Of a DNA stretch of 64,000 bases, positions 28,111 through 36,815 are shown one piece after another. The DNA comes from Terriglobia bacterium (lineage in GTDB: Bacteria; Acidobacteriota; Polarisedimenticolia; Polarisedimenticolales; JAIQFR01): contig CAVVHE010000006.1 in assembly GCA_963748015.1 (NCBI GenBank), forward strand, positions 192,001-256,000, given 5' to 3'. Position 1 is the first letter of the stretch. The number at the start of each line of letters is the position of its first letter. The translations under genes were made by a program, and so were the position numbers. The notes beneath the pieces were generated by a model. That model did not search any database. It was given only the letters and a program-made list of their open reading frames with translations, and had not been told where the DNA came from.

Positions 28111-28869
28111 ATGAAAGCAACGACGCTTCGGCTACCGGCCCGCCTAGGGCTGCTGCTTCTCCTGTCTCTCCTGGTCATCGCGCCCGGCGTCGCGTCGGGG
28201 CAGGCTGCCGACGCTCCGAAGAACTCGCATGCGAGGCGCTACGGTGGAGGTTGGGACTGCGATCGCGGCTACCGGATGGTGGACCTGTCGTGCGTGGCGA
28301 TCACGGTGCCGTCCAACGCCCGTTTGGACCCGTTCGGGAGCGGATGGGAGTGCAACCGGGGCTACCTCGAGGATCGCGGGGCGTGCTCTCGCGTCAAGGT
28401 GCCGCCGAACGCCTTCCTGGATTCGTTCGGTCGCGGATGGGAATGCGATCGGGGATACCGTGCCACCGGTCAGGCTTGCGTTCCCGTCTCCGTGCCCGCG
28501 CATGGGTACCTCGACGCGAGCGGACAGGGCTGGACTTGCGACCGCGGCCATCGGAAGGTCGGCGAGGCCTGCCAGGCCGTCGTGGTGCCGGCGAACGCCT
28601 ACCTCGACTCTCCCGGCGACAAATGGGAATGCGCTCGCGGATTCCGGCGAAGCGGCGAGGCCTGCGCGTCCGTCTCGCTACCCTCCAACGCATTCCTCGC
28701 TCGCTCGGGAAACGACTGGGAATGCGCTCGCGGCTACAAGAAGATCGGAAGCTCGTGCGTCGCCGTGACCCTTCCCCTGAACGCGCACCTCGACTACTCC
28801 GGCAACGACTGGATCTGCGATGCCGGATTCGAACGCTCGCTCGAGGACTGCGCGGTGAGGAAGAACTAG
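28111..28869 (+). CDS. Secreted cysteine-rich protein of seven 31-aa repeats
   Basis: Signal peptide, then 7 copies of approximately PxNAxLDxxGxxWxCxRG(Y/F)xxxxxxC. An alternative GTG start exists at 27934. Confidence 0.85.
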   Translation: MKATTLRLPARLGLLLLLSLLVIAPGVASGQAADAPKNSHARRYGGGWDCDRGYRMVDLSCVAITVPSNARLDPFGSGWECNRGYLEDRGACSRVKVPPNAFLDSFGRGWECDRGYRATGQACVPVSVPAHGYLDASGQGWTCDRGHRKVGEACQAVVVPANAYLDSPGDKWECARGFRRSGEACASVSLPSNAFLARSGNDWECARGYKKIGSSCVAVTLPLNAHLDYSGNDWICDAGFERSLEDCAVRKN

Positions 28870-29057
28870 CGCGCGTTGCTCGCGAAGGCTCGCGGCGAGA
28901 CCCCTTATCTGGCCGTCCCTCCGGGCGTGGGGTTCGCTTTCTCCGCTGCGGAGCGGCTGGCGGGCCGTTCTCTTCCTCTCGAGGAGACGCTCTCCGTCGC
29001 GCGGCCCGCCGTGCTCTGCCCCCGCCCCGGAAGAGTCCCGAGTACGCCATGGAAAAG

Positions 29058-29080
29058 AAATAACCCCATTGGGGTTGTTT
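29058..29080. promoter_or_regulatory. Operator-like palindrome upstream of metallopeptidase A
   Basis: AAATAACCCCA-T-TGGGGTTGTTT (10/11 arm match) in an AT-rich patch next to TATATAG. Confidence 0.55.
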
Positions 29081-29164
29081 TTGTTGTATATAGCCCGCAC
29101 CCGCTGCTCGTCGGGGCGATCGCGAACGCCGTCCGGCGAAAAACGGTAGGACTGGAGGACGGCG

Positions 29165-32100
29165 GTGCGCGTACCACGCCCCCTTCGTGCGGTCGGCCTC
29201 GCCGTTCTCGTCTTCTCGGGATGTCTGGCGGCCGCCCCCGCGCGCGCGGTGTGCCGGGACGGGAGCCCGGTGAACTTCGCGATCACGATCGACGAGGCCC
29301 GCGTGCTCACGGACATCGAGGGGCTCCTCATGGGGAACCCCGAGCCGTATCTCATGGTGTCCGTCGACGGCGCGCTGCAGTGCGCCATGCCCCGCGCGAG
29401 CGCTCCGAGCACTCCCGCGATCTCGAACTACGTCTGCACCGTCACCCGCTCGACACTCGAACCGTTCGAGGTGTGGGTCGTGATGCGGGAGTACGATTCC
29501 GGCGGGGGCGGCGGCGACGACCTGCTCGACGTCATCCCCGGCCCGGCCACCGGCCTCCGCTTCGTTTACGATCCGCAGTGCGACATCATCAGCGAGAAGG
29601 ACCCCGGCGAGATCCCGACCTGCCCCGCCGGGAACAAATCGGCCTCGTGCCGGGGGTCGAGCCCGCACGCGGTGCAGGGGACCGGTTCCGGGGCCGACGG
29701 CCCCGGCCGGATCACCTTCCGGATCGGACCTTCCGACGGCATCCCGATGGTGGAGCACAGCGTCAGCGTGACGGGTGTCGAGCCCGTGCAGGTGGCGCCG
29801 ACGATCCAGGGGCTGATCGCGGATCGCCCGGCGATCGTCAGGATGTCCCTCGGCAGCTCCCACGACGCCCCCGTGACGGCAACGGTCCGCGTCACGGTCC
29901 GCGACAAGGCCGGCAATGTCTTCACCGATGAGAAGGTGGTTCCCTTGCCGGCGTGCAGCACGACCCCGAACGTGAACATGTTCCTCGCCGGCTGGGACGG
30001 CGGGACGGCCAACGGCTTCCGGCCGCAGGACGGGATACTGAACAACATGGTGATCACCACGGAGGTGGACCCCGCGGTGGATTGCTCCCCGATCCCGTGC
30101 CAGCCCACCGACTGCCGCGTCGTCGACAACCGGCAGCAGTTCGACGCGATCCCACTGGTGCTCGGGCGCGATCTGCGGGTCGTGTTCCAGCCGTTCTTCG
30201 ATCCCGACCCGTTCAGGTTCGAATGTCTGGACTTCGTCGCCGGAGGATCCGATACAAGTGCGCTGAGGGACGCCGCGTTGCCCGTCCTCCGAGACCTCTT
30301 CCCCGTCCACGGTGTCGACGCGTCGAGCACGGGGATCCCGATGCCTCTCCCGACCTTGGGCGGGATCCTCGGGTTCTTGGGCTGTCCTCACATTTCGCTG
30401 CCGCTTCTCGATCTCCCGTACATGATCGCCGGCTGGGACAACGCGGAGGGAGTCGTCCTACCGGGTTACTTCGACTGCGATTTCCCCATCTGCAGCCTCG
30501 CAGGCGGATTCTCGGGCGCCTCGATGCCGCCGGTATCGAGGGTCTCGGTGATGGAAGCACGGGCCGGCGCGATCCCGAGCGAGGTCGCGCCCCACGAGAT
30601 CGGACACACGTACGGACTCTCGGAGGCCGCGTGTCCCCTGGGAATCGGGTCGGGGATCGCGTGCCTCGACGAGTACAATTTCGGCCCGGCGTCGGACGGG
30701 TTCCCGGGAGCCGGGTTCCAGGTGCTGGGCCCTCTGGCCGATCCCAACGGGGCGGGAAACAACCGGGACGGGCGCCCCTGCCTGATGGGAGTCTCTCCGA
30801 TCGGCCCGCCGTACCACTGGATCGAGCCGGCGGAATACAACTCGCTGCTCGCGCGCATGACCGAGGCGACCCCGGAGGTCTCCCTGTTCGTTCGCATGAC
30901 GCTGTCTCGCGGTGGTGGAGGTTCGTTCGTCGCCGACGAGACGTCTCGCGTCACGACGCGGCCGAGGCTGTTCTTGGACGCCGCCGCCGCCCGCGACCCG
31001 CTCCGCTACTCGACCTCGCTCGTCTTCCGCGACGCGGCCGCCGCGGTGCTCTCGTCGGCAAGCTTCACCCCGGAGTCCGTGGATACCGACGGGGACGGAA
31101 TCCTGGACGCGTTCGGCGTTCCCCACGGGGACGGCGTTTCCGACAGCGTGGAGCACTCGGTCGTCGTCCCGCTACCCGCCGGCGCCGCGAGCATCGACCT
31201 GGTGCGCCGAAGGTACGAGGGCGACTTGGTCCACGAGACGACCGTCGACACGATGGCGATCGTTTCGGAGCCGATCGTGGGCACGCTGGTTTCTCCCCCG
31301 AGCTCCTTCTTCGCCCTCCACGGCGAGATGATCCGGATTCACTGGCGGTTCGGGCCCCCATTCCCCGCCGGCAGAGCGGCGACCGACACGCCGCGTCCCG
31401 TGCTCTCGTACCTCTTCGCCAGCCCCGACAACGGCGCGAATTGGTTCCCGATGGCGATCCGCTTGGCCGGGACGAGCTACGATTGGACGGTCCCCGAGGA
31501 CGGGCGCTACCTGCTTCGCGTCTTCGGCACGAACGGCTTCGACACCGCCGACGATGCGGCCGAGCTCGACTCGGACGCGGACGGCTGCGGCAACGGCGTC
31601 GATCCCTCGCCCAAGCAGCCCGATCCCGACGGCCAGGACGCCGACGGCGTCGCGACCGTGTGCGACAACTGCCCGGCCGTGCACAACCCGTCGCAGGAGG
31701 ATAACGACCTCGACGGGGTCGGGGACGCCTGCGACAACTGCGCGGTCGTGGCCAACCCGAGCCAGGCCGACGCGGACCAGGACGCTCACGGCGACGCGTG
31801 CGACTGCGCGGTCCAGGATCCCGAAACGTGGGCCGCGCCGGGCCAGGCGACGGGGATGCTCGCCGGCCGCTCGGCACAGGGACCGGACTACGTCGATCTC
31901 CAGTGGGACTCGCTCGTGTCACAAGCGGGGCCGTCTGTGAGGTACGACGTCCTCGCGGGAAGCCTCGGGCTCCTTTCGGGCACTTCGCGGTTCTCGGACG
32001 CGGCGTGCCTGGGCAACAACGCCGCGGGGGCCTCCGGGACGTTCTACCGTCCCGCGCCCGCCCCGGGCGCGGGCGATTGGTACCTGTTGCGCGGCGAGGG

Positions 32101-32197
32101 CCCGTGCGCGGTAGGGGGATTCAACGAGGGGGTGTCGCAACAGGCCGGGGACCGGGATGGGCCGATCCAGCAGGCACCCTCGCGCTGCGCGCCCTAG
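29165..32197 (+). CDS. Large secreted zinc metallopeptidase-like protein A (C2-like N-domain, HExxH, TSP3 repeats, conserved C-terminal domain)
   Basis: Signal peptide, HEIGHTYGLSE..C..CLDEY, CLMG Met-turn candidate, DxDxDG..CDNC repeats. Confidence 0.8.
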   Translation: MRVPRPLRAVGLAVLVFSGCLAAAPARAVCRDGSPVNFAITIDEARVLTDIEGLLMGNPEPYLMVSVDGALQCAMPRASAPSTPAISNYVCTVTRSTLEPFEVWVVMREYDSGGGGGDDLLDVIPGPATGLRFVYDPQCDIISEKDPGEIPTCPAGNKSASCRGSSPHAVQGTGSGADGPGRITFRIGPSDGIPMVEHSVSVTGVEPVQVAPTIQGLIADRPAIVRMSLGSSHDAPVTATVRVTVRDKAGNVFTDEKVVPLPACSTTPNVNMFLAGWDGGTANGFRPQDGILNNMVITTEVDPAVDCSPIPCQPTDCRVVDNRQQFDAIPLVLGRDLRVVFQPFFDPDPFRFECLDFVAGGSDTSALRDAALPVLRDLFPVHGVDASSTGIPMPLPTLGGILGFLGCPHISLPLLDLPYMIAGWDNAEGVVLPGYFDCDFPICSLAGGFSGASMPPVSRVSVMEARAGAIPSEVAPHEIGHTYGLSEAACPLGIGSGIACLDEYNFGPASDGFPGAGFQVLGPLADPNGAGNNRDGRPCLMGVSPIGPPYHWIEPAEYNSLLARMTEATPEVSLFVRMTLSRGGGGSFVADETSRVTTRPRLFLDAAAARDPLRYSTSLVFRDAAAAVLSSASFTPESVDTDGDGILDAFGVPHGDGVSDSVEHSVVVPLPAGAASIDLVRRRYEGDLVHETTVDTMAIVSEPIVGTLVSPPSSFFALHGEMIRIHWRFGPPFPAGRAATDTPRPVLSYLFASPDNGANWFPMAIRLAGTSYDWTVPEDGRYLLRVFGTNGFDTADDAAELDSDADGCGNGVDPSPKQPDPDGQDADGVATVCDNCPAVHNPSQEDNDLDGVGDACDNCAVVANPSQADADQDAHGDACDCAVQDPETWAAPGQATGMLAGRSAQGPDYVDLQWDSLVSQAGPSVRYDVLAGSLGLLSGTSRFSDAACLGNNAAGASGTFYRPAPAPGAGDWYLLRGEGPCAVGGFNEGVSQQAGDRDGPIQQAPSRCAP

Positions 32198-32294
32198 CCC
32201 GCATGGCTCGACGCGCCGGAGGGGGTGCGCATGAGCTTCGGCGCCCCCTCCGGCCGCTGGATCGTCTTCGCGGGCGTGCTCGAGTGCTGCGCGC

Positions 32295-35200
32295 TCACGG
32301 GCAGGGCGAGGCACTCCCGTCGAGCGGATCGCGGGGATCGGGAACCGGGGTCGCGTCACCGTAAGTCCCACGGCCGCAGTCGTTCTGACCCCGCGACAGA
32401 TACCAGTAACCGTAGGCGCCGCTCGCCGGCGGCCAGGACTGGGTCATGGAGACGCTCGTCGAGGTCGCGTCGTTCATGAGACAGGTCGCGCCGGTGAATC
32501 CCCCCGTCGATCGGGAGGCTTCCCAGCGTCCCGGCCAGCAGGTCGTAGCGGACAGCCGGCCCCGCCTGCGCCGCGAGGGAGTCCCACGAGAGCACGACGA
32601 CCGCGGCCCCGCCCGATCCCTTCCCGGCGGTGAGCCCCTGCGCCTCCACCGGCACGGCCCACGCCCCGGCGATCGTCGGCGCGCAGTCGCAGGCGTCGCC
32701 GCGGACGTCGCCGTCGATGTCGGCCTGCGTCGCGTTCGCGACCGTCGGGCAGTTGTCGCAGGCATCCCCGATCGAGTCGTGATCGGTGTCCTGCTGCACG
32801 GGGTTCGGAATCGTCGGGCAGTTGTCGCAGACGGTCGCGACGCCGTCACCGTCGCCGTCGGGGTTCGGGGACGTCGGGTTCGGGTCCCTCGAGTTGCCGC
32901 AGCCGTCCCCGTCGAGGTCCGATTCCCCGCGCACGTCGGAGACGTTGTACCCGCCGGTGGCGAACACCCGGACGAGATACCGGGCATCGGTGTGGGCGCG
33001 CCAGAGGAACTCGCTCCCCGCGACGCGCGCCGCGATCGGAATCCAGCGGGCGCCGTTGTCGGGGCTGACGAATACGTACGACAGGCGCGTCGCGGCCGGC
33101 GCCAGTGCCGCGCCGGCTTCGTGCCAGCGGATCGGGATGAGATCGCCGGGGTGGACCCGAACCGAGCTGAGCGGCCAGTCGAGCGCGATCGCGACCGGGG
33201 CCTGCGGCAGGACGAGCGTGTCGGTCGTCGCCTCCACGAGTCCGGGGCCGGGGAGGAACTCCCGGCGTACGAGGTCGAGGGAGCGCGTGCCCGCGGGAAG
33301 CGCGAGGGCCACCGCCATGTCGACGGTGTCCGACGGCGCCTCCTTCTCCGGGATCCCGAACGAGTCGTCGCGCTCGTCTCCGTCCGTGTCCACCGATTCC
33401 GGGGTGAAGTTCACGCGGTCGAGCATCACCCCCGCCTGGTCGCGGAAGACCACGCTGGTCGTCACCTGGCTTGGATCCGGACTGCCGCCCCCGTTCTCGG
33501 AGAGGATGTCGGGGGTTCCCGTCACCCGCGAGACGTCGTCGCGGAAGAAGCTCCCGTTCCGTCCCTTGGCGAGGTGAATTCGCATCCAGAGGAGATCGGG
33601 ATCGGCCTCGGTCTTGAACCGGTCCATCAGGTGGTTGTAATCCCCGCCGTGGATCCACCGCGGCGGGAAGTCGCCGAGAGGGTCTTTGCCGGAATTCCCC
33701 ATGATGCACCAGGCGTTGTCCATGCTCTGCCACTGCGAGATCCAGAAACCGAACGAGGTCACGCCGTCCTGAAGCGCCCCCGGGCACTGCCCTGCGGGGC
33801 CCGACGGGCAGAAGTTGTACTCGTCCTCGCACTGCCAGATCGAGTCGGGAAACGCGATCCGGCACGGCGCTTCGCTCAGCCCCCACGTGTGGCCGAGCTC
33901 GTGGACGACGACCTCCGAGCTGACTGCCGAGGCCGGGCTCTCGAAGATCACGACCCGCGGAGCGTAGTCTCCGGCGGACGCGCCGATCGCCCCGTCCCAC
34001 GGCGAAATGAAGTGTTCCGAGAAGAACCCGTCCTTCACCGTCCCCGCGAGACGGTCGAATCCTCCGGCCAGCAGCGCGGGAAGGTCCAGAAGGGCTATCG
34101 TCAGGTGCGGCGCCCCGATCGAGGTGTCGAAGGCGAGCGGCTCGGCGAGCGTGAAAGTCGTGACGACGTCGGTCGGGTAGAGGTCGGTCATGTAGGGCGT
34201 CGCCGCGGCGCGCGTCGTTTCGGCGTCGTTCGCGTCGCCGTCGGTGTCCGCGCTCTCGGTGGTCGCGAGGAACGCCTGGAACGCGATCGTCGGGCGGAGC
34301 ACGGGCTTGACCGGAATGCCTGCGATGGCGGCGTTGTTGTTCAGCGCGTAGCACAGGGTCTGGCAAAGCGTCTCCGGGAAGCACGGCTCGAGGATGTGCC
34401 CGGGGTCCACCGACGCCGATGCGGTCAGCGCGAGCGGCGGCGAGCCGGGGCCGGCCTGCGGCCGGAAGCCGGCTGGTGAGCCCGGCCCGTTCCAGCCCGC
34501 CTCGAAGAGGGTAATCGGGGTGACCGAGCAGGCGGGGAGATCGACCGGGCGGGAGTGGGTGAAGACGTTTCCCAGCTCGTCGGTCGCCGTCGCGCGAACG
34601 ACGACGCCGGCCTGCGCGACGTTGTACGAGCTTCGGACGTTGAAGCGCATCATCGTGGGCTTGTTGTGCGCGAGCGCGGTCGCGTCGGGAGTGACCTGGA
34701 TCAGCTCGACGTTCTCGATCCGGACGTCCCCGTTGGGGCTCACCATGTTCGCGTTCGAGACGACCCGGAACGTGACCCGCCCCCGCGGACCGTCCGTCCC
34801 CGATACTCTCCGGAAGACCTCCCCGCTGCAGGTATTGGCGAGGGCGCCCGCGCCGCATCCCGGCACGTCCCCGGCTTCCGCGGCGTCCCGGACCCGCGCG
34901 CACAGCGGGTCGTAGCTGAAGTTCAGGGCGCTCCCGTTGGTCGAGGTCAGGTCGAGCAGCGTGTCGTCCCCTCCGAGCCCTCCATCCTGATCCCACAGCT
35001 GGATTTCGCCGGTAATCGGAGGATACGGGGAGTTCACCTGGATCGAGCACCCCAGCGGGCCGCTCAGCGTCCGGCTCGACCCACGGGGGCCGAGGGTGCA
35101 GGACTGCACGCCGGCATTCGAGGTCAGGTTCACCACGAGGTAGAGCTCGGGATCGCCGGCGAACAGCCCCTCGGCGTCGTCGATGGCGTGCGCCTCCGAG

Positions 35201-35331
35201 AACTGGACGGTCACCTGGATCGGCGAGTTCGGGGGAGGACACACCTGCGCGGCGGCCCGCCACGGGACGATCCAGAGGATCGCCAGCAGCACGAGACGGC
35301 GGATCGCGCGGGACGATTCGAGAGCGTTCAT
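32295..35331 (-). CDS. Large secreted zinc metallopeptidase-like protein B, paralog of A; apparent one-base frameshift at 32500-32505
   Basis: AGGAGG RBS, signal peptide, HELGHTWGLSE..C..CEDEY, CIMG and TSP3 repeats. Removing one C from the C6 run continues into GGFTGATCL...YWYLSRGQNDCG...SPCP, which aligns with the end of A. Confidence 0.82.
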
Positions 35332-35434
35332 GGTCGGTCTCCTCCTGTGCCTATCAAGACTCCGTTCCCCGCGCTTTGTACCAGTCTCCCGCGGCGTTAG
35401 ACTCCGCGATACCCAAGAAAACGCCGGAGAGGCG

Positions 35435-36009
35435 ATGGATCAGGACCTGCTGCATTTGGTCTCGAGATTGCGGGACGGCCGGCGCGACGAGGCGGCCGAG
35501 CGCGAGTTCGACCGTGTCCTCCGTCCGAAGCTCCGCCGCTATTTCGCGCACGGCCCCTGGCCGCCGGACGAGGCGGAGGACCTGGTACAAAGGACGCTGA
35601 CGCGGGTCTATACCAGCGTGGAGCAACTGCACCAGCCCGAGCGCTTTTATGGATGGCTCTTCGCCATAGCCAGAAACGTCCGGCGCACCGCGGCGGTCGA
35701 GTGGGACTCCGGCGAAGCGTCGAATACCCTCCGATCGATCCCGGCAGCGACGGCGCGGCCGCCGCAACGGACGCCGGGGGGGAGCGGGCCGCGATCGAGG
35801 CGGAACGGGCCGCTGCGGTCGCGCGCGCGATCGGCGAGCTTCCGGCCCGGCAGCGGGAATGCCTGCTCCTGAGGATCCGCGAGGAGCTGACCTACGAGGA
35901 GATCGCGGAGACCCTGCGACTGAGCCCGCTCACCGTGCGCAACCATCTGGCCCAGGCGAAGGAGTCGCTGAGACGATCGATCTTCCGGGAAAAGGAGCCG
36001 CGCCGATGA
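35435..36009 (+). CDS. ECF sigma factor; apparent one-base frameshift in the sigma2-sigma4 linker (~35703)
   Basis: Region 2 (EAEDLVQ...FYGWLFAIARN) lies in ORF 35183 and region 4 (LPARQRECLLL..EELTYEEIAETL...TVRNHL) in ORF 35653. Confidence 0.9.
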
Positions 36010-36815
36010 TTCGCGAAGAGGAGGTCGATGGCGCGATTCGGGAGGGGGCGCGCGCGCTGGCTCCCGACGGAAATTGCATCGAGGACGACCGGCTCGTCGC
36101 GTTCTACCGGGACACGCTCACAGAGATGGACGCCGATGCGGTGCGTGCGCATCTTTCCACCTGCTCCGACTGTCTCGAGGCGGCCCGGGACGCCCGGCGG
36201 TTCGTCGAGGCGATGGGGGACGCGCGACCGGCGCGGTCGCGGGCGGCCCCGCCGATACGCCGCCTCGCGATCGCGGCCGCGCTCGCGGGGATCGGGCTCC
36301 TCGCGGGGACGTTCTATCTCGCGGGGCGGATCGGAGATCTCCCGTCGGCCGATGGGGAGACGGCGGGCGAAACGTGGTCGGCGATCGCCGTCGCACCGGC
36401 GCCGTACGGCTCGGGGCCCGACGAACTCGTCTGGAGGGGGGAGAGCCCGGCGGAGGACGCCTCGCCTCTGGACACCGCCGCGGCGCGATACCGGGCCGGT
36501 GACTTTCCGGCCGCCGCCGAGGATCTCGCGGCGTACGTAGTCAAGCACCCCGACGATGCCAGAGGCCGGTTCTACCTGGGAGTCGCGAGACTCCTGAGCG
36601 GAAGAGTGTCGCTCGCGGCCTCCGAGCTCGAGGTCGCACTAGCGATGCCGGGCTCTCCGTCCGATACGTCATGGTATCTCGCGCTCGCCTGTCTGAAATC
36701 GGGGAGGCTTTCCCGCGGGCGGGTCGAGCTCGAGCGGATTGCCGCGTCGGATGGCCCCCACCGCGACGAGGCGCGCGCGCTGCTGCGTCGTCTCGCCGGG
36801 GAGATGCCCCGGTGA
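36006..36815 (+). CDS. Zinc-finger (ZAS, zf-HC2) anti-sigma factor with TM helix and extracytoplasmic TPR domain
   Basis: HLSTCSDC (HxxxCxxC), TM LAIAAALAGIGLLAGTFYL, TPR-like FYLGVARL and WYLALACL. ATGA overlap with the sigma gene. Confidence 0.88.
   Translation: MIREEEVDGAIREGARALAPDGNCIEDDRLVAFYRDTLTEMDADAVRAHLSTCSDCLEAARDARRFVEAMGDARPARSRAAPPIRRLAIAAALAGIGLLAGTFYLAGRIGDLPSADGETAGETWSAIAVAPAPYGSGPDELVWRGESPAEDASPLDTAAARYRAGDFPAAAEDLAAYVVKHPDDARGRFYLGVARLLSGRVSLAASELEVALAMPGSPSDTSWYLALACLKSGRLSRGRVELERIAASDGPHRDEARALLRRLAGEMPR

Noticed and set aside
28200..28860. CRISPR array or DNA tandem repeat at 93-bp periodicity
   Set aside because: The periodicity is at protein level with diverged codons; there are no identical repeats with unique spacers.
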